The notes: generated from the letters alone by a model not told the origin. Counted from the first letter of the stretch, positions 17,781 through 27,282 are shown. The stretch is 36,036 nt of DNA from Candidatus Omnitrophota bacterium (GCA_043803685.1 JAZDJU010000014.1:1-36036); one strand, 5' to 3'. Made by a program: numbers and translations.

Positions 17781-18724
17781 TGCCTAAAGTTACGGTCATA
17801 ATTCCTGTTTTCAACGGAGCTGCTTTTGTGGGGCGCGCTATTCATAGTATTTTAGAGCAAACTTTTCAAGACTTTGAAATCATTGTTATCAATGACGGGT
17901 CAACCGATAACACGGAAGAAGTGGTTAGGGATATCGCCGATAAGCGGATCCGGTATTTCGTCCAGCCTAATCAGGGACCGAACGCGGCACGCAATAACGG
18001 GATTCGCCAGGCCCGAGGCGAGCAGCTGGCTTTTTTGGATGCCGATGACTGGTGGCTGCCGGTCAAGCTTCAAGCTCAACTGGAGTGCCTGAAAGAGCGT
18101 CCCGAAGCGGGGCTAGTTTACTGTTCCGCGTTATGGATTTTTCTGGCTGGAAAAGTAATTCTCCAAGAGGCGTTGGTTGAGGGGGATGTCATTCAACCGC
18201 TGCTTTTCAAAAATCTTGTTACCGGCTCGGCTTCATCCGTCATGATCCCCAAAAGGGTTTTTGATAAGGTGGGGTTATTTGATGAAGGATTCGAGCGCAT
18301 GGAGGATTGGGAGATGTGGCTGCGCATCGGCGCTTCATTTCCTTTTGCAGCAGTTCGTCAGCCGCTAGTTTATATAACCAACCTGCCTGACAGTAACAGT
18401 AAAGACTTTTCCAACATGCACGCCAGTCATTTGGCCGTGCTTGAAAAGGCTTTTAATTCATACGCGCGGTCTTTTCTATATCTACAGCGTGACGTGTTGG
18501 CGGCTGCTTATGCTTTGGGGGGTAGGGGGTTCTGCAAGTTTGGCATGTATGATTTGGCACGAGAAGCTTTTCGTAAGTCTCTTTCCCTCAAGAGTTGGAA
18601 TCCTGAACTCTATGCGAACTGGGTGTTGACGTTTTGTGGGCCGGTCATTAATCTGCAAGGACTTAGGCTTTTACATCTTTTGCTCGAATGGCGGACGCGA
18701 TATAAAATGCAAATGCGAAAGTAG
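17780..18724 (+). CDS. glycosyltransferase family 2
   Basis: VTVIIPVFN, INDGSTD, AARNNG, FLDADD and EDWEMWLR motifs; TAATG overlap with the upstream stop. Confidence 0.93.
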   Translation: MPKVTVIIPVFNGAAFVGRAIHSILEQTFQDFEIIVINDGSTDNTEEVVRDIADKRIRYFVQPNQGPNAARNNGIRQARGEQLAFLDADDWWLPVKLQAQLECLKERPEAGLVYCSALWIFLAGKVILQEALVEGDVIQPLLFKNLVTGSASSVMIPKRVFDKVGLFDEGFERMEDWEMWLRIGASFPFAAVRQPLVYITNLPDSNSKDFSNMHASHLAVLEKAFNSYARSFLYLQRDVLAAAYALGGRGFCKFGMYDLAREAFRKSLSLKSWNPELYANWVLTFCGPVINLQGLRLLHLLLEWRTRYKMQMRK

Positions 18725-18731
18725 CGCTTGA

Positions 18732-19070
18732 ATGAACGGATTGATCAGAGCGAGCTTTGTATGGCGATGCGGACTAGACGTTTTCCGCCCAGTTATAATT
18801 ATGAAAACACCGTTATGGATAATGACTCTAAGGGGGGAACTCAATCGAGTGTTTTGGCTTGGGATCGCATTCGATTGGTTCAAAATATCTGGAATGTTAC
18901 TTCGACAGATGTTTTTAGCTGTTTCTCCGGGCATAGCTCGGTTGGTAAATACACGTGCAACATGGGATCGTCCCGATGCCTTGCGTCTTGCTTTTAAGAG
19001 GGTGCTTCAGGATACCTGGCGGAATTGGAGAGACTTGCCCGTTCAATTTCAATCAGCTTTGAAAGATTAA
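18732..19070 (+). CDS. hypothetical 112-aa basic protein, possibly a gene remnant
   Basis: Fills the gap between two GT2 genes (7 nt after one stop, 2 nt before the next start); no recognisable motif. Confidence 0.35.
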   Translation: MNGLIRASFVWRCGLDVFRPVIIMKTPLWIMTLRGELNRVFWLGIAFDWFKISGMLLRQMFLAVSPGIARLVNTRATWDRPDALRLAFKRVLQDTWRNWRDLPVQFQSALKD

Positions 19071-19072
19071 TT

Positions 19073-20059
19073 ATGTCTTCGTCCGTGAGTGTGATTATTC
19101 TAAATTGGAATGGGCTTCATTTGCTGCCTGATTGTCTCGAGTCGCTTGCGCAACAGACTTGGCGGAATTTCGAGACCATTTTTGTGGATAACGGATCGGT
19201 GGATGGATCGGCGGATTGGGTGAAGACCCATTATCCGCAAGTGCGAGTGATTTGTTTAGATTCAAACCGGGGGTTTTGCGGAGGCAATAATGCCGGTATT
19301 CGCGCGGCTGAGGGGGAATTCATCGTCCTGCTTAACAATGACACGTTGGTTGAACGTGGCTGGTTGGAGAATCTCTGTCGCGTCGTGATGTCCGATCCGA
19401 AAATCGCTGCCTGTGATTCAAAAATTCTCTATTTTAACGAACGAAATAGGATCTGGACGTCAGGAGCAAATTATTCTATTGCGGGTACAACTAGCGGGCG
19501 TTGGGCTGAGAAATTAGACGGAAAAGAATGCCAACAATCCTCCGATGTCTTTGTGGCTTGTGCCTGTGCCGCGATTTACCGAAAGAGCGTTTTTGATGAA
19601 ATCGGTTTGCTCGATGAAGATTTTTTTGCGGGCTATGAGGATGTGGACTGGAGTTTTCGAGCGCATTTGTGCGGATATCGAATTGTCAATGTTCCATTGG
19701 CTCGGGTATACCACAAGGTTTCGGCAACTCACGGATTGAACAGCAAAATGTTTGTGCGTAACGGTCAGCGCAATGTTTCGGCGGTTTATATTAAAAATAT
19801 GCCTCAACCTCTCTTTACTCGTTTTCTTCTTTTGCATTTCATCTATACCCTCGGCAGCATGATGTTTTTTTTGAAAATCGGTCGTGGTTGCGCGTTTTTT
19901 CAAGGCAAATGGGACCTGTTGATGCGATTACCGGCTTTGTGGTGTAAGCGTCAGCGAGTTCAGAAACAACGCCGAGTTTCTTCGACGGACATTGAGGCGT
20001 TGTTGGAGCGAAATTGGTTTAAACAAAAACTTGCTAAGGCTAAGGGGGTGGAATCATGA
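19073..20059 (+). CDS. glycosyltransferase family 2 (WbbL/GT2_like)
   Basis: VSVIILNWNG, VDNGSVDGS, NRGFCGGNN, LLNNDT and FFAGYEDVDWSFR motifs. Confidence 0.93.
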   Translation: MSSSVSVIILNWNGLHLLPDCLESLAQQTWRNFETIFVDNGSVDGSADWVKTHYPQVRVICLDSNRGFCGGNNAGIRAAEGEFIVLLNNDTLVERGWLENLCRVVMSDPKIAACDSKILYFNERNRIWTSGANYSIAGTTSGRWAEKLDGKECQQSSDVFVACACAAIYRKSVFDEIGLLDEDFFAGYEDVDWSFRAHLCGYRIVNVPLARVYHKVSATHGLNSKMFVRNGQRNVSAVYIKNMPQPLFTRFLLLHFIYTLGSMMFFLKIGRGCAFFQGKWDLLMRLPALWCKRQRVQKQRRVSSTDIEALLERNWFKQKLAKAKGVES

Positions 20060-20105
20060 AATCCAACCTCGCGTTGAAGGATTGGATCGCTCAGCCGGTG
20101 AGACG

Positions 20106-20882
20106 ATGATTTACGTGACCATTTCTTTGGTCTCTTGTAACCAGCGGCATGATCTGGAACGACTTCTTCCCTCATTGGCGCCTGCCGCAATTGCTGCTCG
20201 AGCTGAAATCCTGCTTGTGGATAATCGTTCAACGGATGGCACTAGCGAGTGGATGCGTCTGAATTATCCCGCGGTCAATACGTTATTCAATCCCAACCGA
20301 GCTGGTTATGGAGAGAATCACAACTTGAATCTGCGGCGAGCCCAAGGGGAATATTTCGTCATCATGAATGCGGATATGACGGTTGAGGTAGATGTTTTTT
20401 CTGTTCTGCGAGATTATATGAACAGACATTCCGAAGCAGGGATGGTGGCACCGAAAATATTGAATCCTGATGGCACGATCCAGGGGTTGATCAAGCGTTA
20501 TCCAACTGTTTGGGATTTATTTTTGCGTCGTTGTTTGCCCCGGAGTCTTCGTTCATGCTTTCGCCAGCGTATGGATCATTATGAAATGCGTGATGTGGGC
20601 TATGACCGCGAATGTGACGTTCCTTTTCTCAGTGGGGCTTTTATGTTTTGTCGTACCGATGTTCTAAGATCCCTCGGAGGTTTTGACCCTGGTTATTTTC
20701 TCTATTTTGAAGATGCTGATTTGTGTCGCAGAGTTCAAAGGACGCATCGTACGATGTATCTTCCCGAAGCGAAAGTTTTTCATTTTTGGCAGCGCTCTGC
20801 TCATAAGAAATTGATTTTTACCTGGTATTTTGTTCGAAGTGCTGCGCGCTATTTTTGGAAATGGGGGCTTAAGCTTTGGTGA
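20106..20882 (+). CDS. glycosyltransferase family 2 (WbbL-like, putative rhamnosyltransferase)
   Basis: VDNRSTDG, GYGENHN, MNADM, SGAFMF and GGFDPGYFLYFEDADLCRR motifs; ATG at 20106. Confidence 0.9.
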   Translation: MIYVTISLVSCNQRHDLERLLPSLAPAAIAARAEILLVDNRSTDGTSEWMRLNYPAVNTLFNPNRAGYGENHNLNLRRAQGEYFVIMNADMTVEVDVFSVLRDYMNRHSEAGMVAPKILNPDGTIQGLIKRYPTVWDLFLRRCLPRSLRSCFRQRMDHYEMRDVGYDRECDVPFLSGAFMFCRTDVLRSLGGFDPGYFLYFEDADLCRRVQRTHRTMYLPEAKVFHFWQRSAHKKLIFTWYFVRSAARYFWKWGLKLW

Positions 20883-21811
20883 TCAAGATACTTGTTACTG
20901 GTGCTAGTGGATTTATCGGGCGTGGGCTGTGTCCTTACCTGAAGACAAAAGGTTTTATTGTTCGGGGGGCCGTGCGGGGTGGTGTTCGTGATGTCGAAGG
21001 TGTCGATGAATATGTGGAAGTGGGTGATATAAACGAGTCAACCGATTGGCGGCAAGCGTTAACCGAAGTGGATGCTGTCGTGCATTTAGCCGCGCGCGTT
21101 CATGTCATGAATGATTCCTCAGCGGATCCGCTTGATGCTTTTCGTGTAGTGAATGTTCTTGGGGTTGCACATTTAGCGCGCATGGCTGCAAAGGCGGGTA
21201 TTAAACGATTCGTCTTCATCAGTTCGATTAAGGTGAATGGAGAGGGTTCATCCAGGTCCTATTCAGAAGAGGATTCTCCTAGTCCCGAGGATGCGTATGG
21301 AGTCAGTAAGCGAGAAGCTGAAGATGTTCTGATGGAGATAGCCGTTCAAACAGGTCTGGAAGTGGTGATTTTAAGGCTTCCTTTGGTCTATGGGCCTGGC
21401 GTGAAAGCTAATTTTAGGAATTTGATCAGTATGGTTTGCGCAGGAATTCCCTTGCCTTTTAAAAGTGTTCGCAATCGACGCAGCTTTATTTACTTGGGAA
21501 ATGTTATCGATGCTATTGTTGCGTGTGTTACGCATCCATTGGCGGTAAACCAAATTTTTCTGGTAAGCGATGGTGAGGATGTTTCGACCGCGAGATTGCT
21601 AGAAATGATCGCTCGGGCATTGAATAAGAATCTTTTTTTGTTCCCTTTCCATTTAAGGTTTCTTAAATTAGTGTGCATGACCATCGGGAGGGAAAAGGAG
21701 ATCGATAAGCTGACGGGCTCTCTTTGTGCGGATATTTGTAAGATCAGAAGTCTGCTAGGTTGGAAACCTCCGTTCACTATGGCGGAAGGCATCAAGGCGA
21801 GCGTGAAATGA
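20879..21811 (+). CDS. NAD-dependent epimerase/4-reductase (WbpK/WreQ-like extended SDR)
   Basis: TGASGFIG, HLAARVHVM, SSIKVNGE, YGVSK, RLPLVYGPGVKANF and NRRSFI motifs; GTGA overlap with the upstream gene. Confidence 0.88.
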   Translation: MIKILVTGASGFIGRGLCPYLKTKGFIVRGAVRGGVRDVEGVDEYVEVGDINESTDWRQALTEVDAVVHLAARVHVMNDSSADPLDAFRVVNVLGVAHLARMAAKAGIKRFVFISSIKVNGEGSSRSYSEEDSPSPEDAYGVSKREAEDVLMEIAVQTGLEVVILRLPLVYGPGVKANFRNLISMVCAGIPLPFKSVRNRRSFIYLGNVIDAIVACVTHPLAVNQIFLVSDGEDVSTARLLEMIARALNKNLFLFPFHLRFLKLVCMTIGREKEIDKLTGSLCADICKIRSLLGWKPPFTMAEGIKASVK

Positions 21812-22380
21812 GAAGTGCTGCGAAAAGAATGCTAGACTTGAGTTTGGCGGTGTTGTTATCGATCTTGTTGGCACTGCCGATGCTTTTCATCGCGGTGTTC
21901 ATAAAACTCGTGTCGAAGGGGCCCGCGATTTTCTGGACGGATCGCGTGGGTATTCATAATGCTATTTTTAAAATGGCAAAATTCAGAACCATGAGGACTG
22001 ACACGCCCCAAGTAGCGACGCATCTTATGAAAGACCCTGGGACTTATCTGATCCCCGGAGGACAATTTCTGCGCAGGAGCAGTCTTGATGAACTGCCGCA
22101 GTTATTGAATGTCCTAAAGGGGAGCATGAGTTTTGTGGGCCCTCGTCCGGCACTGTTTAATCAGGATGACCTTGTGGCATTGCGGACATCCAAAGGAGTG
22201 CAGACATTAGTTCCTGGGATCACGGGATGGGCTCAGATCAATGGTCGAGATGATCTGCCGATTCCCGTGAAGGTTGCTTTTGACGAATATTATTTAAAAA
22301 ATCAGAGTTTGTTTCTGGATCTCAAAATTTTTATTCTCACAACACTCAAAGTCATCAAAAAAGAGGGTGTGAGCCATTAG
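21808..22380 (+). CDS. initiating phosphoglycosyl transferase (small bacterial sugar transferase, PglC/WreU-like)
   Basis: [38 protein letters not shown] and [12 protein letters not shown] motifs; ATGA overlap at 21808. Confidence 0.93.
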   Translation: MRSAAKRMLDLSLAVLLSILLALPMLFIAVFIKLVSKGPAIFWTDRVGIHNAIFKMAKFRTMRTDTPQVATHLMKDPGTYLIPGGQFLRRSSLDELPQLLNVLKGSMSFVGPRPALFNQDDLVALRTSKGVQTLVPGITGWAQINGRDDLPIPVKVAFDEYYLKNQSLFLDLKIFILTTLKVIKKEGVSH

Positions 22381-22461
22381 GGAGCTTGAGTGGGGGCTCA
22401 AAAGACTGCTTTTCGGGAGTCTGCCGGTCGCGAATGATCACAATAAAATCGGGTGCGGAAG

Positions 22462-24303
22462 ATGAAAAAACGGATCGTTAATATATTGCTAGAACAGCGC
22501 AGGGTTTTTGTGATCTGTTTCTACACGGCGCTTATTTCGCTGTCTTTCTTTGGAGCTTTTCTTCTTCGCTTCGATTTTAATATCCCCTCCCAGTTCATGG
22601 TCACTTTTTGTTCCCGGTTGCCGATCCTTTGGGCGATCAAGTTCACGGTCTTCTGGTTCTTCGCGCTCTATTCCGGGATGTGGCGCTACGTGAATTCCAG
22701 GGACATCTGGAATATTGCCGTGGCGAACGTCGTGGCGCTGCTTGTTTTTGCAGCAGTTGAGGGTGTGTTTTTCCATTTCCAGGGATTTCCGAGAACTGTG
22801 CTGATCCTGGACGGGCTCTTGAGCGTTTGCCTCATGTCGGGCATCCGCATCGCGACGCGTCTTTTCAGGGAATACTTTTCGCTCAAGAGCATTCCTGAAC
22901 ATTCCGCGAAAAAGATCCTGATCATCGGAGCGGGGGATACGGGGCTCGTTCTCCTCAACGAATACCGGAGAAATCCGAGTATGGGCAAAGTGGTCGGATT
23001 CATTGATGACGACCCGTTCAAGCGGAATGCCAACATTGGAGGCGTCAAGATCCTTGGGTTTCGCCGGGATATTCCTAGGGTCGTGGAAGACCATGACGTC
23101 CAGGAGATCGTTTTGGCGATCCCTTCAGCGGATGGTGGGACGGTGCGTAGTGTGCTGGCTTATTGCGAAGAGACAAAGGCGCGGATCCGAGTGGTGCCGG
23201 GGCTTCATAAGATCATCAGCGGAGAGATGGAGATCCGGGCGCGGGAGGTTCGCCCCGATGACCTTCTGGGACGCGAGACGGTGGAGATCGACCAGGAGGA
23301 GGTCCGGAATTATATCAAGGGCAAGGTGGTGCTTGTAACCGGCGCGGGAGGATCAATCGGCTCCGAGATCTGCCGGCAGGTCGCGGTCTACGAGCCCAAG
23401 GAGATCCTGCTTTTTGATCATCACGAAAATCTGGTCTATTTCCTTTCGGTGGAGTTCAAGAGCAAGTATCCCGGGTTGAGCGTTCGCACGGTCATCGGGG
23501 ATATCCGTGATATCGGGCTTTTAAAGCATGTGTTCTCAAAGACCCGTCCGCAGATCGTGTTCCACGCCGCCGCGCATAAACATGTGACGCTGATGGAGGA
23601 CAGTCCGGTCGCGGCCGTGAAAAATAATATTTTCGGTACCCGCAATATGATCTATGCCAGCGCCCACTACGGCGTGGAGCGGTTCGTCCATATCTCGACG
23701 GACAAAGCCGTCAATCCGATCAATATCATGGGGATGTCGAAACGTGTCGCGGAAATGATCCTTCAGATGAAAGCCGCAAAGAGCAAGACGAGGTTCATGG
23801 CCGTGCGCTTTGGCAACGTTCTTGGCTCTGCGGGCTCCGTCGTGCCGCTCTTTAAGCAGCAGATCGAAAATGGCGGCCCCGTGACGGTAACGCACCCTGA
23901 CGTAAAGCGTTATTTTATGAGTATCCGCGAGGCGGTCATGCTGGTCCTCCAGGCCGGGGCTATGGGCAAGGGGGGAGAGCTTTTCATTCTGGACATGGGA
24001 GAACAGATCAAGGTCCTCGAACTCGCCAAGAACCTGATCGCTTTTTCAGGGCTTACGCTTGGCAAGGACATTAACATCCAGTTCACGGGACTCCGGCCCG
24101 GAGAAAAACTCGAAGAGGAATTGATGCTCGACAAAGAAAAAGACGTGTCGACTAAAAACAACAAGATCTTTATTAGTCACAGCGGTATCTTGTTCGGAGA
24201 GAAGAAATTGAAGCAAAACCTCAAGAAAATGCACCGGTTGACGCAGCTGATGGATGAGGAGGAGCTTCTTAGGGTCTTGAAGGACCTGGTCATGGAAGAC
24301 TGA
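22462..24303 (+). CDS. membrane-bound UDP-GlcNAc 4,6-dehydratase (WbpM/PglF/CapD family)
   Basis: 4 N-terminal TM helices; IIGAGDTG CoA-binding-like domain; VTGAGGSIGSE, HAAAHKHV, STDKAVNP, MGMSK, RFGNVLGS and GLRPGEKL motifs. Confidence 0.93.
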   Translation: MKKRIVNILLEQRRVFVICFYTALISLSFFGAFLLRFDFNIPSQFMVTFCSRLPILWAIKFTVFWFFALYSGMWRYVNSRDIWNIAVANVVALLVFAAVEGVFFHFQGFPRTVLILDGLLSVCLMSGIRIATRLFREYFSLKSIPEHSAKKILIIGAGDTGLVLLNEYRRNPSMGKVVGFIDDDPFKRNANIGGVKILGFRRDIPRVVEDHDVQEIVLAIPSADGGTVRSVLAYCEETKARIRVVPGLHKIISGEMEIRAREVRPDDLLGRETVEIDQEEVRNYIKGKVVLVTGAGGSIGSEICRQVAVYEPKEILLFDHHENLVYFLSVEFKSKYPGLSVRTVIGDIRDIGLLKHVFSKTRPQIVFHAAAHKHVTLMEDSPVAAVKNNIFGTRNMIYASAHYGVERFVHISTDKAVNPINIMGMSKRVAEMILQMKAAKSKTRFMAVRFGNVLGSAGSVVPLFKQQIENGGPVTVTHPDVKRYFMSIREAVMLVLQAGAMGKGGELFILDMGEQIKVLELAKNLIAFSGLTLGKDINIQFTGLRPGEKLEEELMLDKEKDVSTKNNKIFISHSGILFGEKKLKQNLKKMHRLTQLMDEEELLRVLKDLVMED

Positions 24304-24397
24304 TCTTCGAGGTACGTCTTTCTGAAAAGGATGTTTTATCCTGAGAAGGTGTGCGCTAGAATAATCAATTCTAATGCGGTATAAGAGGGAGCGTTTC

Positions 24398-25255
24398 ATG
24401 CGGATCTTTTTTTTGTTTTGTCTGCTCGGTTTGATCGGGTGCGGTGAGTCGAAGCCTTTACCTGGTGATGTCGTGGCTAAGGTGAACGGTTATTCCATCA
24501 CTTCGAAGGAACTTGAGCGGGAGATCGCCGCCTCATGGCCGGTGCTCCAGAATTTTCAAGGTCTTTCAGCGGAAGCATTAAAGGCCAAGGTTTTAGACTC
24601 GATGATTGTGAATCAGCTTCTTATTGAAGAGGCCCAAAGGCTTAATGTGGACAAAGATCCGGGTTTTATGCGCAGGATCGAGCAAGACTGGCGTGAGGAG
24701 CTTTTGAAGGCGGTTCTTGTAAAAAAGAATGCGGAATTTTCGCGGAAGGTCCCGGCGACGGAGGCTAGCCTGCGTGTGCTTTATGCGCGCGAAACAGAAG
24801 AGCTGGAATTGGATCTAGTGACGCTTTCCGACAAGGCTGCGGCAGAGGAGCTTTCGTCCGCTCCGGCTGATGATTTTGAAAGAACGATTGAGATACTTGG
24901 CGGAAAAGTGGTCTTGCGTACTGGGCCGGGTTGGTGGGCTTCGGGGGATCTTCCTGAGGCGCTTGAGGAAAAACTCTGGGATCTTCCTGCCGGAAAGGTG
25001 AGTCCGTTGCTTTGGCCTACGAATGAGGGATGGATTGTGGCTCGTGTGCTTTCCAGGGAAAAAGTCAATCTTCTGCCTTTTGAAGAAGTAAGGGAGGGCC
25101 TGCAGAAGAGGCTCGCCCGAAAGAAGCTTTCGAACATGACAGATCTTTGGATCGATGAACTGCGGTCTCGCGCGAAGATCTTTACCGATTCGCGGGCTGT
25201 TGAAAAGCTCAAGCTGAGTGTTTCTGAGGGGACGGGAGGTCGTGATGGAAAATAA
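24398..25255 (+). CDS. SurA/PrsA-like peptidyl-prolyl isomerase / chaperone lipoprotein (EpsD-like)
   Basis: GAGGGA RBS; lipobox LIG-C; VVAKVNGYSIT, LLIEEAQRLNVDKDP, LPAGKVSP..GWIVARV, PFEEVR and WIDELRSRAKI segments. Confidence 0.82.
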   Translation: MRIFFLFCLLGLIGCGESKPLPGDVVAKVNGYSITSKELEREIAASWPVLQNFQGLSAEALKAKVLDSMIVNQLLIEEAQRLNVDKDPGFMRRIEQDWREELLKAVLVKKNAEFSRKVPATEASLRVLYARETEELELDLVTLSDKAAAEELSSAPADDFERTIEILGGKVVLRTGPGWWASGDLPEALEEKLWDLPAGKVSPLLWPTNEGWIVARVLSREKVNLLPFEEVREGLQKRLARKKLSNMTDLWIDELRSRAKIFTDSRAVEKLKLSVSEGTGGRDGK

Positions 25256-25799
25256 GAACGGAGCCAATGGTCGTAAGACCCTGATCGTGGACCCGGCGTT
25301 CCAAACGCCGTTCGTCGCGAAATTCTTTTTTATGGTGGCGGCGGGCTCCTTGATCCTCGGAGCCATCGTTTATTTTTTCTGCACACAGACGGTTACGACA
25401 GTCTTTAAAGATTCCCGGCTGAAGATCGTGACTACAGCGGATTTCATCTTGCCCGGGCTTTTGATCGGTATCGCTGTGGTCATCGCGGTGGTCGGTATCG
25501 CGACGGCCCTCATGGCTCTTTATGCTTCTCACCGCATTGCGGGGCCGGTTTATCGGATACGGCGCGATCTAAGGAGTTTTAAGGCGGGAAGTATGGAGCA
25601 GGTTTTTCGAGTGCGCGAAAAGGACGAGATTAAAGCCCTGGCGGCCGAACTGGATGAGATGGCGCGTGCCATTCAAAAAAGCATGGCGGATATCAAGGCG
25701 GAAGTATCGGGAATTGATTCGATCGCGGAAGATCTTTCTCCCACGGCCAGGAAGCATTTGGCTGCCCTGAAGAAAATTCTGGACACCTATCGTGCGTAA
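25245..25799 (+). CDS. two-TM HAMP-domain membrane protein with no output domain
   Basis: GGGAGG RBS; RKTLIVDPAFQ N-terminus; two TM helices; SHRIAGPVYRI...RVREKDEIKALA HAMP motif; short coiled coil. Confidence 0.75.
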   Translation: MENKNGANGRKTLIVDPAFQTPFVAKFFFMVAAGSLILGAIVYFFCTQTVTTVFKDSRLKIVTTADFILPGLLIGIAVVIAVVGIATALMALYASHRIAGPVYRIRRDLRSFKAGSMEQVFRVREKDEIKALAAELDEMARAIQKSMADIKAEVSGIDSIAEDLSPTARKHLAALKKILDTYRA

Positions 25800-26463
25800 T
25801 GTTTCTTTGGTTGTTATTCTATCAGCGATCATTTTGAGCGGAGCGGTCGTTTGTGTGCCGACGGCGGTTGCGGGGGATTCGTCGGTATTTCAAGTGGCAT
25901 CGGCCGCTGAATCTCCGAAAGCACGTCTTTCGTCTCATGTGGGGATGAGAAGATCCTCGGCGGCAGACGATCTCATGGGTTGGATCATGATCAAGGGGAA
26001 TACCGTTTCCGTTTATTATCTTCCCGGAGCGAATTTGAAAAAGATAGAGTCCCGTTTGCGGGATCGGAGTCTTCCTCTCGCGCGGCAGTACCGTGACCTT
26101 TTTACGAATAAGGCGTATTCGATCGAAAGCCGGATCAGCGCTCGTTTGCAGTTCCTTCTTATGAGGGTTCAGGACATTCTGGGGATGAAACCCTTGATTC
26201 CTTTTATTGATCTGAAGATCTTCCATACGAGGGACGAGCTTCAAGAGCGGTACCGTCAACTGGCGATGGGTACGGCGGACCACAAGGCGTTTTATGTGCA
26301 CGCGCTAAGTACGATCTTTAGTTCGGAGAAGGACATTATTGATTCGATCATTGCCCATGAAATGGCGCATGCGACGATGGATTATTATTTCATGGCACCG
26401 CCCCCGACCCAGGTGGCGGAATTGCTAGCCCATCATGTTGATGAACATCTCGAAGGAGACTGA
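25792..26463 (+). CDS. secreted HExxH zinc-metallopeptidase-like protein
   Basis: Signal peptide ending AVA; KAFY strand; IIAHEMAHA motif with a downstream Glu (QVAE), gluzincin-like. Confidence 0.7.
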   Translation: MRNVSLVVILSAIILSGAVVCVPTAVAGDSSVFQVASAAESPKARLSSHVGMRRSSAADDLMGWIMIKGNTVSVYYLPGANLKKIESRLRDRSLPLARQYRDLFTNKAYSIESRISARLQFLLMRVQDILGMKPLIPFIDLKIFHTRDELQERYRQLAMGTADHKAFYVHALSTIFSSEKDIIDSIIAHEMAHATMDYYFMAPPPTQVAELLAHHVDEHLEGD

Positions 26464-26499
26464 GCATAAACGGTTTGACAAAACAGAGAGGAAAATCCG

Positions 26500-27282
26500 A
26501 TGAAGAAAATGATCTTTTTGGCGGCGGTCGTTCTGGCCGTTGGGATTTTAGGGATGTCCGGTGGTTTGTTCGCTGCGGTGCCGGGAGCGGTGCAGGCGGG
26601 GAGTGTGGCTTCAATTCAGGGAGAGGTTAAAGCCATAACGTCTTCCGACCCTTCGCCCCGTTTCTTAAAGAACGGAGATCCGGTATTCATGGGGGACAAA
26701 ATAGAAACGGACGCGGAGGGCGGGTTGCAGATCCAGCTTCTCGATGGAACGGTATTTACGCTAGGTTCGGCGAGCGCGTTCACGATTGATGAGTTTATTT
26801 ATGATCCGGCTACCGACGACGGCAAAGTGAAGGCCCATATGCTTCAGGGCATGTTCCGGATCGTTACCGGGAGAGTGGCGCACAAGAAACCTGAGAATAT
26901 GGTTGTGAATCTCCCGGCGGGAAGTATGGGGTTTCGCGGAACGGATGTGATCGGGATCATTAACGGTACAAGAACCGAGATCATTCTTGTCGGCCCTGTG
27001 GGGACGGGGCGGATTTACGTGACCAATCTTGTGAATGGGCAGGTCGTGACGGTGGATATCGATCAGGCCGGATATGCGACCATTGTCGATGGTCCGAACG
27101 TCGCGCCGGTGGCGATATTCCAGGTTTCTCCTGAGGAACTCGCGCAGGCCGCTCAGGCGCTTGGTTTGCCGCCTTTGGATGCGGAAGGGTATACGCCGCC
27201 TGAGATACCGGATCCTACGGTTGTCGATGCTACGGTTCAAAGCGAAGAGACTTCCAGGGATATCAGCCCAGTCCAGTCCTAA
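26500..27282 (+). CDS. secreted FecR-domain protein with conserved C-terminal EGYTPPE...SEETSRDISPVQS tail
   Basis: GAGAGG RBS; signal peptide; AGSVASIQGEV, GDPVFMGDKIET, DGTVFTLG, GMFRIVTG and SMGFRGT FecR-like motifs. Confidence 0.85.
   Translation: MKKMIFLAAVVLAVGILGMSGGLFAAVPGAVQAGSVASIQGEVKAITSSDPSPRFLKNGDPVFMGDKIETDAEGGLQIQLLDGTVFTLGSASAFTIDEFIYDPATDDGKVKAHMLQGMFRIVTGRVAHKKPENMVVNLPAGSMGFRGTDVIGIINGTRTEIILVGPVGTGRIYVTNLVNGQVVTVDIDQAGYATIVDGPNVAPVAIFQVSPEELAQAAQALGLPPLDAEGYTPPEIPDPTVVDATVQSEETSRDISPVQS
27184..27282 (+). repeat. dispersed protein-level repeat, copy 2 (32-aa C-terminal tail)
   Basis: EGYTPPEIPDPTVVDATVQSEETSRDISPVQS*, 26/32 aa identical to 6976-7074. Confidence 0.95.

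Noticed and set aside
6976..27282. The two tail copies as att sites or direct repeats bounding a 20-kb mobile element
   Set aside because: The copies differ at most synonymous positions, so conservation is at protein level. No integrase, transposase or tRNA gene is seen in the window.
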